Counted from the first letter of the whole stretch, positions 40,190 through 55,036 are shown. The stretch: DNA of 63,589 nucleotides, filler included, from Cercozoa sp. M6MM (GCA_040357565.1; 12 parts of 12 records of this genome joined end to end with filler, not necessarily neighbours in it); one strand, 5' to 3'. Made by a program: numbers and translations. Notes: generated from the letters alone by a model not told the origin.

Positions 40190-41712
40190 CCCACCACATC
40201 CATGTCGTCGTCGACGTCCGAGTCGCCGTCGCTGTCGTCGCCTACACCGTCACACTCACTCACTCAGTCACACGTGGTCACTCAGTCACACATGGTCACT
40301 CAGTCAGTCAGTCACTCAGTCAGTCAGTCACGTGGTCACCCATGTGACTGGGGGGATGATGATACCGAGACCGTCGTTGCAGTGATCGACGCCGAAGTCG
40401 CCGACGCCGTCGCGCGACGACAGAAACGGCGGTGCCGACACCGTCAAAACCGTCACGTGATCACTCTGATCACCGTCCCGATCACCTGATTGATCACTAG
40501 ACCGATCAGTGCGATCAGACACGACGAAACCGTCGTTGCACACCGTGCGCCAGCAGGCCGCGCGCACGCTGCGCCGGCCGTCCGACTCCGTGACCACCGT
40601 GTCCGCGCGGACGCCGCCGTCCCTCTCCGCGCGGATGCACGTGTCTCCCGCCGGCGACAGCACGGCCTGCAGCGGCGCCTGCGTCTGCGAGAGACCTGCA
40701 CACCCTGGGGGGTAAACAGGGGGGCAAACAGGGGGGTAAAGAGGGGGTAAAGCGGGGGGGGGGGAGGGGGGTAGAGGGTAGGGGGGCAAGACTACCTTCC
40801 GGAGCGACGGGACGTGCCAGAGCCGCCACCTGCGCCAGCAGCGAGTAGGCGCGCGCGTCGGCACTGGGCCGCGCGGACAGCGCCAGGCGCGCCACGGTGC
40901 CGTCGCTGCAGGCCACGACGACGCTGCTGCCTCCCAGCGGACACGCCTCGGCCGCCGCCGCCGCCTCGGCCATACCCGCGGACGCTGCCGCCGCTCCTCC
41001 CGGCGGACCCGTCAGCGCGGACACACTCGCTCGCGCACCCGGCGTCGGCGACTCCGGCGACTCCTCGCTGCCCGTGCCGCCGCCACTGCCGCTGCGTCGC
41101 AGTGATCGCGCACGTGTCACCAGTCGCACACTCGTGATCACTGTCACGTGCCCACTGGCACCGTCGTTCTGATCGTCTGTCTGATCGCGCAGACTCAGCA
41201 GACGCACCGGCTCGCCCAGCGCGTGATCGCACGCGCCGACGCCGTCGTCCGCGCGGACGGCGCCTTCCGCGCGGACGGCTCCTTCCGCGCGGACAGAGTG
41301 TCCCTCCGCGTCCGCCGGGACACTCACTGCCACGACGCCGTCGTCCGCGCGGACGCTCTCCGCCTCCGCCGTCTGCAGCAGCAGTCGCTCGCACGCGTCG
41401 CCGCGCCGCCACAATTGCATCGGCGTCTGTCCGCGCGGACAACAAACAACACCAATCAAGCAAAACAACAACAAAACAAACAAAACAACAACAAAACAGA
41501 AAAAACAACAAGAAACAGAGAAAAACAACAAAACAGAAAAACAACAACAAGAGGCGCGCACCTGGCCAAAGTTGGCGATCTCGGGCGCCGAGTGATCGCG
41601 CCACCTGATCACAGCGGCGCCGTCCTCTTCCTCCTCGCCGCCATCGCCGCCGTCCGCGCGGACGCCGTTACCTTCCGCGCGCTCAACAGTGTCGACAGCA
41701 CTGCCGCCGTCG
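40190..41712 (-). CDS. BEACH-domain/WD40 protein, internal fragment
   Basis: EIANFGQ|TPMQLW is the conserved BEACH C-terminal motif, followed by WD-like segments. Confidence 0.75.
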
Positions 41713-41871
41713 NNNNNNNNNNNNNNNNNNNNNNNNNNNNNNNNNNNNNNNNNNNNTTAATTAATTAANNNNNNNNNNNNNNNNNNNNNNNNNNNNNNNN
41801 NNNNNNNNNNNNATATATATATATATATATATAATTATATATATTTATATTATAGAACTAGTGTAGACGCA

Positions 41872-42495
41872 CCTTGGGGAAGTAGTTGACGCCCTCTTTG
41901 TGCAGCAGCTTGATTTCTTCCAACTCGACTCTGTGCATCGAGGCGACGAGGGTGTATGTGCAAGTAGAAGGAGGGGGTGACGATCCTACAGGAGGAAGCC
42001 GAGCACGACCTGGACTTCGGTGGTTGCAATGCGCCGTCCAATGCACTGACGCATGCCGAAGCCAAAGAAACGCACTGCATGCACTCGTTGTTTCGCACAA
42101 GTAAATCAAAAAGCTGTCAAACGTACCCGGTGTGCCGCGATGATCGAACGCGAGTTTGTCTCCCTTGGTTTTGGTCCCTGCAGCAACACGTTAACACACA
42201 CACACAACTGGCGGTACTTCACATCTAATACTAGGGTCGGTACAGCGCTCGTGCTTGAACTCCTCGGCGTCGTCGCCAAAGACGCGCTTATCGTGGCCCT
42301 ACAAAGCACGGTTAATAACGGGGGGGGGGGGGGAAAGGGAGGGGTAAAGGGAGTGCAAACCATCGCACGACACAGCGACATGACGAGTGCGCCCTTTGGC
42401 AGAACTCTCTACCCACATACACGCAACATACATATATAAATAAATATAAAAATACATAAATATATATATACATATATAAATAAATAAATAAATAA

Positions 42496-42534
<39 letters not shown>

Positions 42535-42845
42535 TAAGCAGCATGGTAGAGTACGCCGGCATTGTTGGGATCGGCAAAGGTGCCGCCTGTAACCGGACAG
42601 CCTCGTTCGTCCGTGTCGGTGATGGGCAGGTCCTCCTGCATCACGCGCGTCGTCGCGTCGATCGGCGGCGTCAAACGCATGGTTTCCTCAATGCTGTCAC
42701 ACAAGTCAACCCCGCGTACAAAGGAAACTCGTACAAATGGGCCGTACAAATGGACACTCGTCCAAATGGACTCTTGAATAAAGATTGGTACACAGCGCGA
42801 ATACGTGGAGCCTCCTTGACGATGCTTTGCGCGAATCGCTGCCGG
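41872..42845 (-). CDS. Cytochrome P450, C-terminal fragment
   Basis: IEETMRLTPP (ExxR), LPKGALV, FGDDAEEFKHERW (PERF-like), heme motif FGFGMRQCIG. Confidence 0.92.
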
Positions 42846-42962
42846 CAGGGGGGGGGGGGGGGNNNNNNNNNNNNNNNNNNNNNNNNNNNNNNNNNNNNNN
42901 NNNNNNTTAATTAATTAANNNNNNNNNNNNNNNNNNNNNNNNNNNNNNNNNNNNNNNNNNNN

Positions 42963-44530
42963 CAATCCTGGGGGGGGGGGGTAAAGCGAGTAGGGTAGGA
43001 GTGTGCGGGGGTAGGTAGAGGGCACTAGACTACCGCGGCCGACGGTGCGCCATGTAGGAGAAGAAACGCTCGAACAGAAAGGCGGCGTCGGTGGGACCGG
43101 GCATGGCCTCCGGGTGGAACTGAACCGAGAAGAAGGGCTTGGTGCAGTGCTGGATGCCTTCGTTGCTGTTGTCGTTCTTGTTGACGAAGGACTCGACCCA
43201 CTCGCCCGACGGCAGCGTCGCCGCGTCCACCGCGTAGCCATGGTTCTGCGACGTGATGTAGCACCGTCTGTGCGGGGCAAAGTTGGTAAATGAGGCGGTA
43301 ACAGAGGGTCACAGGGGGTAAAAGGGAAAGAACTACCGCGTGGCCAAACACAGTACGGGCTGGTTGCACGAGCGGTTGGCGTGCTTCATCTTGTAGGTCG
43401 ACGCACCGGCGGCACAGGCCAGTACCTGTCCAGTCAGGTCACATACAGGAGGTCAACCTCAACATCCGCGCGGACGGGTCAGAGTCGGCAGCTACCTGGT
43501 GACCCAGACAGATGCCAAAGATGGGCGTATCCTTGTCGAGCGCCTTCTTGACCTGCTGCACCAGCGTGTCCTGCAGCTGCTGCGGGTCACCAGGTCCTAT
43601 CATTGACAGGGTAGGGTAGGGGTAGGAGCAAAGGAGGTCAAGGGGGTAAAGAGAGAGATAAAGCTACCGTTGGACAGGAAGAGGCCGTCGTACTCCTCGT
43701 TGGAGAAGTCGTAGTCAAAGGGCACCACCTTGAGCGTGATATCGTACTTCAACAACTCCTGCATGATCGAGTACTTCATGCCTGCTCAGATGGGAAGAGG
43801 GTAACGCGGGGGTACGGGTACGGGTACGGGTAGGAGTAGGGGTGGTGTAGGGCAAAACTACCGCAGTGCACGGCAAGCACTTTGTACTTGCCAGTGCCGT
43901 AGGTGCGCACCTCCGAGGGCGACACCTCGGCCACCAGGTTGCGCAAGTTCGGGTCGGCGAACTCGGGGACCGTCTGCTCGCACAACGCCGGCACCACGCG
44001 GCCTATTTATAGACATATAAGATCTATATATACACGAGGTAAATGTGTTATAAGGTATGTCTATACCGGCAGTGCTGCCACGTTCGCGCAGGTACTTGGT
44101 TAGCTCGCGCGTGTCCACGCCGAACCTGCATCGCACCGAGTAAAGGGGTAAGGGTAAAGGGGTAAAGGAGTAAAGGCGGGATACAAGGCAGGCACGTCGT
44201 GCGAGCGCAGCCACTGGCCGAGCGACTGCATGCTCTTGTAGTGCGAGTGGTTCTCCTCCTGGTAGTCGGCGCAGATCAGAGCGGCGATCTGCGGCTTTTC
44301 GCTCTCGAAACTACATACGCACAGACATGTATACGTATATATATAAATATCCGATCCTAATGTACAGCTTCGGAATGCCGTGCATATCAACCTCCTTCTC
44401 GTCCGGCACACCTGTACACAGGCGATGCAGGATATATACATATATCTATATGTATAGGAAAGAGGATAAGGATACCGTAGTTGCCCATCAACGGGAACGT
44501 CAGCACAAGAATCTGCGCCTTGTATGACTG
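42963..44530 (-). CDS. Carbamoyl-phosphate synthetase glutaminase region (CPS II/CAD-like), partial
   Basis: [75 protein letters not shown]. The reading frame continues through a GTAG...CCAG intron. Confidence 0.95.
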
Positions 44531-44675
44531 CGGCACAACACATGTAGGACATTAATATATATATATATATATATANNNNNNNNNNNNNNNNNNNNNNNNN
44601 NNNNNNNNNNNNNNNNNNNTTAATTAATTAANNNNNNNNNNNNNNNNNNNNNNNNNNNNNNNNNNNNNNNNNNNN

Positions 44676-44877
44676 TCTAAGTTACTACCGTCGCAGTGCT
44701 GCTCGATGAGATCCTTGATCATCTGGAAGTGACCTTTGTTCGTCGTGGCACGCCGGTGGCGCAGCAGGTCGCAGCGTGCCAGCAACAACGTCGCCGTGCA
44801 CACCGAGGCGACGATGCAGCCGCGCGCGTGCTGCGTCAACACAAAGTCGCGGAAGCGCTCAAAGTGCTCGTCACTGT

Positions 44878-44935
<58 letters not shown>

Positions 44936-45120
44936 GTATATATATATAGTCACACCTGCAGATGCACAAATAGAGGTGGCCTACGTCATGATGCGGCATC
45001 CCAGACCGCCAGGAATTATGATCAAGTCGAAATCAGTGCCCTTTGCCTCCTCGATCTGGGCCATATATGTATACACACATATATATATATACATTTATCT
45101 ATACATATACATCTCTGTAT

Positions 45121-45161
<41 letters not shown>

Positions 45162-45675
45162 TATTTAATAAAATGAAAGCACGTGTAGGTACAGTTGCGT
45201 CGGCTTGAACGGTGACGGGAACTCCTGTAGAAACCGTCTTGTGCACGTCGTTGCAGGTGACTGTCGTCACTTCCACCGGACGAAGTCTTAAGAATTCACA
45301 AAATCGTGATTGGACCAGTTGAGCCGAAGAACAAAAAGCAGGTACCTCGGTGCCACCTCGTCGAACTGAATCTGCGCCGGAGAGGACTTGAGGAACTTCA
45401 TCTTGTCCTCCTCAGTGCTCAGCGACTGCGCGTCGCGCATCTGGACTCTATTTTTACATTTTACACATCAGGGCATTCCGACCGCATGCTGGCGCTCAGC
45501 CATCTGTGTACTGCATCTGTCCTACAGCGCATTGACGATGGCGAACGACTCAACGGGTCCAAAATAGTCCAGCAATTCGAACTAAAACCATGCACACAGT
45601 AAACCACCCAGGGAGGTGTTGGGGAATTCAACTTACATTCTCAAAAATAAGGCCACACACGCGCAATGGGGCCAT
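44676..45675 (-). CDS. DJ-1/PfpI family protein, 3' partial
   Basis: MAPLRVCGLIFEN|FELLDYFGPVESF...FDLIIIPGGLGCR...IVASVCTATLLLARCDLLRHRRATTNK. Confidence 0.9.
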
Positions 45676-45917
45676 TTTTAAGCTAGAGGACGCTGAAATG
45701 CAATTCTCACACAAATGGCTGCCCAGAAACACTAAAAAGCAGCCCAAAGAAGTGCGAAAACTTGCTCTGCACTGGCTTGTTTAATTCGCGGCAGAGCAAG
45801 GCGATCGGATTCTGTCGAAGATTCTGTGCTGCTGTCGTACTGAACTGTGGGTTCTTCGACTAGTGATCTGCTCCGGTGATATAATCCAGTAGGAGTAACG
45901 ACAGTTTGGACAGAGCT

Positions 45918-48900
45918 TCAGGCCCGAAAGTCGTAGTGCCATTGGAGGGACGGATCCGAGTGCGCCTGCAGTCGGAATCGCAGTGACCAGCCTGTTAAAG
46001 CGAGTCGACAGTCGAGCTTGACTCTGGCTACGACGGCCCCGGCCGACATTTGCGATACCTTCGAGCAATCTCGCTTCATACCTGACCTGACTGACTTTAG
46101 CTGGAGTGGGCTTACCTTGAGTAAGTCTGCCTCGTCGAAGGTCACAGTGAGATCTTCCTCGCCGTTGATGCGAGGCGGTTGGATTCGCAGAGACTACACA
46201 AAATAGCTTCGATAGATCTTAAAAACCGAGATGCTAGTGAGCTAATAATGTCGTGGTACCACTGACAGATCTTGAGAAGATGAGGACTGGCACGTCTCTC
46301 GCAGGTACCGACGCACCGGTTCTGGTGCCTCCGCGTGCCATCTACAGCAACGTAGAGTGTACTACTCTATACTAGGTATACCGTGGGTATGACCAGTACT
46401 ATGCCTATTGATAATGAGACTTGATACTGAGGAACTGTGATAACAATGCCCTTACACGAGAGTCGACGACGGTCGGGCGAGCTCAAACGCGATAGTCTGT
46501 TGCAGCACGCTGCGCGGTGCCTTGGGCACCAGAGCCGAGAAGTCCGCGTTGCCTCCGACCAGGGGGTGCGCGTACAGCGGGAACGCTGCCAGTCCTGTTC
46601 ACCCGCCAGGTCACGGTCTCTCAGTCTCTGTCCTCAATACCCACTGTACATTAGAGAACTGTACCTGCGGCATGAACCACGAAGGCGTCCGCACGAGCGG
46701 TGTTTCGGAAGGTTCGCAACTCCAGTGCACCCGATTGGTGCAGCAATGACGTGTGCCGTTTCACAGTGAGAGCCCAGTCGCTTGCCGCTGAAAACAACTT
46801 GAATCGGTCGGCAACAAAACTAACTAACTGAAAGACTGGTACCAGGCTCCTCGCGAGTCAAAGTTGCATCGACGTCGCTTTCAGCAAAACATAGCACTCC
46901 ACGTCCGTCCGGATACACCAAGCTTCGACATCGAACAAAGTCAGTACAGGTATATATCGACAAGAAGTGTCCAAGTGCTGTACCTGATGTAACGAGTCAG
47001 AGCGTGCTTAGCTGTTGCCACAGTGAGCGACAGTTCGAAGTGGTCATACTGGTTCATCGCTTCCTGTTGGCATACACGGGCATGCATGAATGCTAATAGG
47101 GGCTAAAATTTGTCATACCAGCACACTGACATTCGTATCCACTGGCCAACGAGGCCAAACGAGTATTATTGGTACGTGCCTGTTCTGCAAAGGGTTGTTA
47201 AAAGTAGACACGATCTTGGCTGCCTCCAATGTGACTTCCTGCGCGCATCTCAAAGCACAGGAATGTAAATAAAACTTAAAACTTAGTCACCCAAGAACAT
47301 CTTGGATGTTTTACCGACGGATCGTGCATCCACTTTGAATGTTCAACGTCAGTACTGTCGCTGGGTTCGGTGTTCATCCGTTGTAGTGCAATCTGTATCC
47401 CCGCAAGTAATTATGTCAATTTTGTCTATGAGACGGGTACCACAAGCAAGTCGAGCGTGTGCGAGAGGTCCCAAGCACTGTCGCCACTGGTGTAGACGTG
47501 CAGTGTAGACGATACGTGAGCCTGGCTGTGTGGGAATAAAGAAACTGTATCATCAAGGGATAGCTCGAAGCTACGTTTCCCGCAAGTTGCTGACGATGTG
47601 ATGACTTGGTGTCCACGCGGACATGTAATCGCCGTATTGTGTCCATTCATCGACCGTGTCATCTTCAAGTTCGAGTGGTCGCATATGAACTGCGATGAGA
47701 CCGTGTGCGAGATAGGAAGGCACGAACGCATTCTATAATCAACTCCAGTTGGCCTTTCTAAAGTGCGGAGAAAGGTAATTTACCTCGACGCTTGGGTGTG
47801 ACAGAAATATGTCGAGGTACGCGATGGCACTCTGCATGGAGGCAGCCAAGTTCGCCTTGTTGCCTCTAATAGTGACACAGCGATATGACAATGTACCTTG
47901 GGGAGTGGAAACTCTGGGACAGAGAACCACACGTCGATCGCGTCGTTACTTTCGTTCCACTTTGCGAGCAGCACCTTCACTGCAAAAAGTTCGCTTTATG
48001 AGGGTACTCATTAGAACCCCACCCCGCATTAACTTGGTGGTAAAGCACCCCTATTGTCTTTTGCCAGCGCCGACGGTACCAGAAGGTACAAAGCTCGAGG
48101 CACGGGAATTGAGGCATGTAGCAGTGTTGCCGTTTGGCTCACATGGATCTCCTTTCGCACACTGTCCGACTTGTGCACCTGCCCAGACAACACCTTTGAA
48201 CGAGAAAGAGAGAGAGAGAGAGAGAGGGTTTTACCTCTTCCGCACTAACGTGTGTCTGCGGGAATGCTTGAGCTGTGACAACGACGAGATAAGGCTCTTC
48301 TCCGGTTTGCACACGTGCCTGTGTGGACGACAGTTTAATGTGCATAGGTGGTCTGTAAGAAAGAGGAAAAGGTGCCGTACCACAGTGGGCGAGTTCTGGT
48401 TTTCGAAGGTAAGAGAAAGCTCGCCACGTCCAATTTCCGTGCCATGTTGCACATGCACGGTGAGTGCAAGCGACGTTCTCTGCCGCAGCAACAGCTTCAG
48501 AGGCGGCAACATGCGTGGATCCACCAACTAACAGAGAAGGGAAACTGTAAATTAGGTGCACCGAGAGAAATCCAGGTGTACAGAATTGAGTAGCAAAATC
48601 GATATGGCACGCTCGCGGTGTTGCAAAACCGCACAAGGCACAACGAGCACGTTGTCATGCAGGCCGAAGTTCGAGGTGAAAGGGCTCGAAAGAGTCTCTG
48701 CCTGCAAACTGACCAACACTTTCGGTCCGTTCTGAGAGCTTTGCGCCAAAGTGGTGAGCAGCGTTGCGTATGTGCGTTGCCATCTAGGAAAGCAACGAAA
48801 ATGTGCCACCTTCACCACATCAACTGAGGGTGATCATACAGTTGGAAACTGAGGTCCAGACGTGCCACCTTCTTCACCACGCCCAGTCCACTCACGTCGG

Positions 48901-51900
48901 AAGTCTGTACTGCACAGATGAACTGTGAGCATGTCGAAGGGATCACCGTAAATTACCACTCTACTGCCTTGCAGAACAAAGCTCGATGCGAACAACAAGA
49001 TTGTATGTTTGAAGACCCGAACTTCAACCTAAATGAAAACGATTTAGGTTCTTGAAAAAGAAGAAGCAAGTCCCCCCGGGGCAACACACCTGCACGTTTT
49101 CGCCTGCTTTCAGTGCATCGCGAAGAGTGTTCAGCGACTTAATAGGAGAAGCAAGTTTAAGGATAAACTGAAACCAGGCCACTCTGCTCTGTGAACTTGT
49201 CTACCAAAGATCCACAGTCCAGCACGATAGAGCACGAGCTCCCGTTACAGTCGGTCGGGCCGCTCCTAAAACTACCTTCTTCAACCCATGCCTCAAGTTG
49301 CTTTGTGGTACAGTTGCGTCGTCGTCGAGCTTGATGATAGAGCAAACACTGCCGTTATATAGTCTTGCGTGTTCAACGGGAAGTCTCCCTGCCACTCCGC
49401 TCGCAGCACCACGCTGAACAACATTTTGTTCCGCACAGCTAAATTAGCCTGGCAATGGGTGCCAGGTGACACTTGAGGTTGGTGTTATTAAGTACCTTCG
49501 CTTTGACTTGTCCTTTGATTGCATTCCTGCCTGTTTGCCGTTGCCTCTCGTTCTGCGAGGTATAAATTTAGTGCAGCTTCAGTAAAATCTCACTGCAGTG
49601 GCCAAGGGCTTGAAGCTCATACCGCTGCATGGGGACGACCTCGCACACGATATTCAAGAGTGTCTGTAAGGTTAAACACGAAAGAATAAAGTACAGTATA
49701 CCGTTTATCTGGCGACGAAGTCAAGTTATCAAATGGCATTCGTACTACCTTTTGTTCAACAGGCAGACGGTCTGTGGTTGTCAATCTGAAAGCAGTTCCG
49801 GCACCTCTCATTCGCAAGGCTTTCGGAAAACTCTGAGCATCACATTCAGCCTGTCTTCGGTGAAACTACAACTGAAGTCTAAGGGTACTGTACAGTTGAA
49901 GTTTGGGTCTGAATAACGAGTGCTCGGAAGGGCGAGAACCACACGCGTGACGGCGAAGGCCGAGTGTCAAGCGGCATGGCCGAATGCACTGTCACGTGTC
50001 CATCTGAAGCCTGCAAGAACACGAGTCGTTATCGCACGGGAACGGAGTTTTAGATTGCGTCGAGTTTCAACTTACCTCGACCGGCAATGAAAGCCGCTGG
50101 TTATCCTGCCTTACGCTGACAGTCCAGCTGTCCCCGTCGTGGTTCTCTAGACTTTTGGACACGCACAACCAGTGTGATCCATCTGCGCTCCAGAGAAACA
50201 GCGACACCGGAACTCCATTGCGCAAGAGCCGCCTGACACAGTCACATAGATGTCAGGTGTAGGTAGATAAATGTAATGTAATTTACCAGTGTGCTCCGCG
50301 CGGAACGACTTTCGTGACTTTATCGGCATTTGATTCGGCTGGAGTTGTTTCAGCACTCTCCATTTCAATTCCACCATGATCACTGCAGGCGCGGTCAATC
50401 TCAGTCTTTGCCAAGACAGCTGTTTCGTCATTGCTGTGGGTATCAATGCCGTCGTCTGTTTTGAAATTGAAAGATGTGTCAGTGTCACTGTCTAAGGACC
50501 TTGAAGGCGATGTCGAGATACTCGTCACTGTTTCGACAGCTCGAAAACTGCCACTTTCGGCATGTTGCGGCAGCGACGGCATGTGTTTTTGCATTGTCGC
50601 CTCTTCTTGCTCCGCGTCAGTTTCGTCTTCGTCATTCGGAAGCACCTCAGGTTCAGCAGCAGTTTCTGCCAGTTCGACAACGGCAGATGCAGGTTGTTCC
50701 TTTGTGCTTTTGTTGGCGAGAAGCTGCTTCTGCTTTTTTTGACGTAGTTTCTTCTGCACTTGTAGACCACACGTTGCATTACCTCAACTGGAATCTGTGA
50801 TGGAAAAGGCCAAAGGAACCGCTCGCTTCCACTTCTGTCGGTCGCGTTCTTTCTGAGTCATCGGTGGACGCTTTTGTGGTTTTGCAGCTGCAGATTTAGA
50901 GTTTTGTTGACGCGAATCCGCAGCTGCAGTTTTTGTTTCGCTCAAGTTGGGTTGCGACAAAGATCTCGGTTGCAGTGGGACCGAGGACTGTCGCGAACCG
51001 GACGCTTGTGGCGAAGTTGTTGGTGCTTGCGACTCGAATAGAGACGGTTGAACGAACCAATCGTACCTTCCTGTATTACACTGTAAGTTTATTGAAGTCG
51101 TTGTATCGTTATAAAACGATACCGTATGGAGGACGAAACATGATGTTCTGAATGCCTGAAAAACGAGCAGGAACTCGAACTGCAGTCGCATCCGGCAGCC
51201 TAAGTTTTACAAAAAAGCGTGTTGGTGCGACCACCAATCGAGTCGCGAATTTACTTGGATGCTCCAAACAATGCTTGCAAATGCGACGTCGTTTCGAGGG
51301 CTTCCGTCACTGCGCATAGGTCTCTCGCTTGCGCTGCCGAAAAGCATAGACTGAGACTATGAAACAATGAGAAAAAAATTACGAGCATTATCCTTGTGAG
51401 TAGCGAACGCAACAATAACGGCAAGACTCGTCAACACAGTGCACAGTGTCGCACAGCAGCGACGCAACAGTGCTGGATTAGGGCTTGAGGAGCCTATCAG
51501 AGCAGCGTCGACAGCGTCGCCAAACAGCACAACGGGGAGAGTCACAGGCACGTCGTAGGGAGTGTGCGTTTGAGTCTCCCACATATGCCCCACGCCGCTC
51601 GATAAATCGACTGTCGGCAACCAGGAGTTCCAGTTCAAATCGGGCGCGACAGCCGGCACATTTGACAACATTGTTGTGCACACACGCTCGCGTAGCTTTC
51701 GACTGCTCGCAGTTCGACGCGGCTCGGAGAGCTGGAGTCGCTCGTCTCGCACTCTCGCGTTGACACGTGCACCCGCGCTCGGACCTCCATTATTGGCGTG
51801 TGGGAGTGCAACTTCGACTCAATTTCAAACTTCGACAGGTTCGATTAAAAACTCTACTCCTGCCAGTAGTTTCAGTTTCTGGGTCGACCGGGGAGGGGTT

Positions 51901-54206
51901 ACTCGCTACTGCCGTCAGAGTCGGCTTGTTCATTTGAAGCAACCTCAAGTGTAAGCAGCGGTTCACCTACGTCAACGGTTCCTCCCTCGTGCACAAACAC
52001 CAAAGAGACACGTCCCATCTGGCTGGCGAAAATCTTAGAGGTCATTTTCAGCGACTCAATTGTTATCAGCGGCTGGTTTGCTTCAACTGCGTCGCCTTTG
52101 TTGACGTGGAGAGCGACAATCTTGCCAAGCTACAGTTTAATTAAACCTGAGTTTAGTTTGGGAGAACAGGGGGGGCAAGTTGACAAACCAAAACTGAGTT
52201 CAGCGTCTGACTGCCAGCGGAAACTGCAGAGCTGGGCTTATGATCCGCAGAGGTGTTTTCTTCCCGCTCTGCTCGTGCCTGAATATCTTGCAGCAAGCGA
52301 AGAGCTTGTTCGGCGACTGCAACACAGCGCTTGTTTTGTGCGTGGCACTCGTCCAGTTCCTGGGGGAAGTGAATAGTCAACACAGCAAGAATTTTGTCGC
52401 ATGGTATAAACTCTACTGTCCTGCACCCGTTGAGTAGCTAGACGGGAGTCGATTTGACCGCAGCGATAGCCTGCCTGGAAACACAATTGAGGCAACGCTT
52501 CGGAACTGTCCGTGCCATGATCGCTGTCGTCGATCTCTAAGTGCTCTGCAGATGTCAGTGTTATGAAACGACCGTCTTGTAGGTGCGTGGCGCTCGATGC
52601 ATTCACTTGTGCAAAAGTGGGTGTCTCCCAATTCTGCACAAGACCGGCAATTTCGGGTTCGAGTTCGTCGGGTGTCCTGAAACCACGATTCGAGCGAGCA
52701 GAACTGGGTGGCAGCGGGTACGGCACAGGGCGCGGAGGTGCGCCAGCGATCTGCCACCTGGGGGCAATAACAGTGTTGGATTACATAAGTTTATAATACA
52801 GTAACGGATGGAGTCGACTATCAGTACCACTCCGGGCCTGGCGGAGGAACAACGTGCATCGGCACAGGGCCCAGTTGCGGTACAGTACCAGTGCCTGCAG
52901 TGAAAGGCATCGAATCACTTGAAAGTAGCAATTAAGCTTCACCTGTCGCGCAGACGAAACCCAACAGGCACGACAGAAGCCACTTCATCTTCTCTGCTTT
53001 GACTCTGCTCAAGCTGTAGTTTCGAAAGCAACCGGCGAAACAGCAATCGAAAAGAGCTCGCACGTGCTTTGTGGCGAGGCCCGAAGTTGGTGGCATGCAT
53101 TCCATGCTACTCAGGTAACCCCGAAATATCTCCTCTATCGGCACAAACACGAGTACTTTCCGACAGTCTCGATCGATCAAAAGCTGTGACTTAGAGGTCG
53201 TGCCAGATGTCGAACCTCTTCGTGTGGGCACTTGTGTCGGCTGAACTCGCCTGCGCAGCCCGAAGCCAAACTGATAGTGAGTATTTTCCGAACTAGGCGT
53301 GGTTTCTCTGTCTGGTCTGGTACCGCAATAAACCTTCAGGAGCACCGTCTTCGGGCCCGATCCAAGCGGAAGCTGTCTCGACAAGCGGAGTGCTTGCGGC
53401 ACGCGAACTGACGACGCCTCTTTTGTACGGATCATCGTTCCAGTTGCCTATGAAAAGTGACCCGACTTTTTAGAGGCGACGTTGATGTCTTTGGAGATGC
53501 TCCGAAAAGTGCAAGTCGGTCACCATCAATTTCGGATGACGATGCTGAGGTACAGTTAACCTCCCTAGTGCTGTTGGCAGAGAGCTATAACTTGTTTTGC
53601 TGACACACTGCAGTCTTTGGCGTCGCCGAAGCCGGCATATCAGCGCATGCTCGTGGGCGGCTTTCAAGGCGACATGAACGAAGCAAGCGGCTCGGACTCG
53701 CTGCCTAAAAATACTCGACGCTGCTGGCGTCTCAACTGCGCCTTTTGTCTGTGCTGCTACCGAGGGCTGTTTGCATTCGATGGCAAAACGAAACGAACAG
53801 CTGAAGATGCCGATACACGGTCAAAGTCGACCGAACTTGAGTTGAGAGTGCCGACGTAGTGCCAACAGAACTATCTCGAATCGATCATTATTTTATACAA
53901 ACTACGCACCCGCAAGCCTCAAACTCACAGTAAACGAAATATACAGAATAAATTTAATCCGGTAGCACCTTCGCTCAACTCTCTCGGCTAGTGACCACGT
54001 GTGCGCCGCGCCGGCGCGGCGCGGCTCAATCGGTTGATAAATGACCTTGACCTGACTGACTGGACGCAAATAATCTTAAAGCTGGCATCGAACTGGAAAA
54101 CTGTGACCGACATGAATTCTAACAAGGGTAAGTTTACTGGACTAGACTCTACGGGCACGCTCGGCTCGACTGTGACTGGAGTAACTATCGACTGCGCATG
54201 CAGCAC
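45918..54206 (-). CDS. Large multi-exon hypothetical protein (or several genes)
   Basis: A chain of minus-strand ORF pieces bounded by GT-AG, e.g. QKWKRA|KKLRQKKQK and acidic low-complexity 50283-50759. No family recognised; boundaries approximate. Confidence 0.35.
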
Positions 54207-54495
54207 ATAACTCGACGCAAATAACCTGACGTTATTTGCTCAGGCCCGTAGTCGAGCTGAATTTAAGATCGCTCGGTTCAGTGCACGGCAGTTTGTAAAC
54301 TTGCTGACAAGCACTGTCTGCAATGCAACTGACCGTAAACTGAATCTTCAGTTAAGTGCTGCGCGGCCGAGGTGCAGTGATCCGATCGGACGCCGTGCGT
54401 TTACATAGTACGCTGCTGTACGTAGCTAGTCGAGTTTGTCGTGTTCGGTTTCTTTTGAGCATCATCGCATTGCGTTGATCCTCCGCCCGGTCTAA

Positions 54496-54915
54496 TCAAC
54501 TTTGGTTGTCGCAGCGACGCGGGCTCACGCTGGCGGTGACGTAGGTGCCGAACACACTAGTAACGATGCCGAAAACGACCTTTGTATTCCCGAAAAGAAG
54601 CAAACATATACAGCGAGTTAGTGTAGTACATGAGAGGTATTAGGCGTACCATGATGAAAGCAAGCACACGCAGCCATCTGTGGCTGTTGCGTTCGTTAGG
54701 CAGTTGCTGTCGTTGCTGCGAAGACTTTGTGTCTTCTTCAGTCTGTTCTTCCGACACGCTTTGAATGAGACTCTCTTGAACACCCTCATCCTGACTGCCG
54801 GCATCGTTGTCGTCCTTGACCAGACGCAGAAACATGAGGGCCGGAAAGACGTACACGATAAAGCTGCCGGCAACAGCGCCTTGGAAGCCCAGGAGTGTCT
54901 CCACAAATGGAACTA
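54496..54915 (-). CDS. Amino-acid transporter (SLC38/Aa_trans) C-terminal fragment
   Basis: VPFVETLLGFQGAVAGSFIVYVFPALMFLRL, final TM LAFIM|VVFGIVTSVFGTYV, TGA. Confidence 0.85.
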
Positions 54916-55036
54916 CACGAGAGCGGGGGGGGGGGGNNNNNNNNNNNNNNNNNNNNNNNNNNNNNNNNNNNNNNNNNNNNTTAATTAATTAANNNNNNNN
55001 NNNNNNNNNNNNNNNNNNNNNNNNNNNNNNNNNNNN

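Noticed and set aside
43030-43035. TAG suggesting a stand-alone CPSase small subunit
   Set aside because: The TAG is part of a GTAG donor of a C-rich intron ending CCAG, so the frame probably continues into the synthetase domain.
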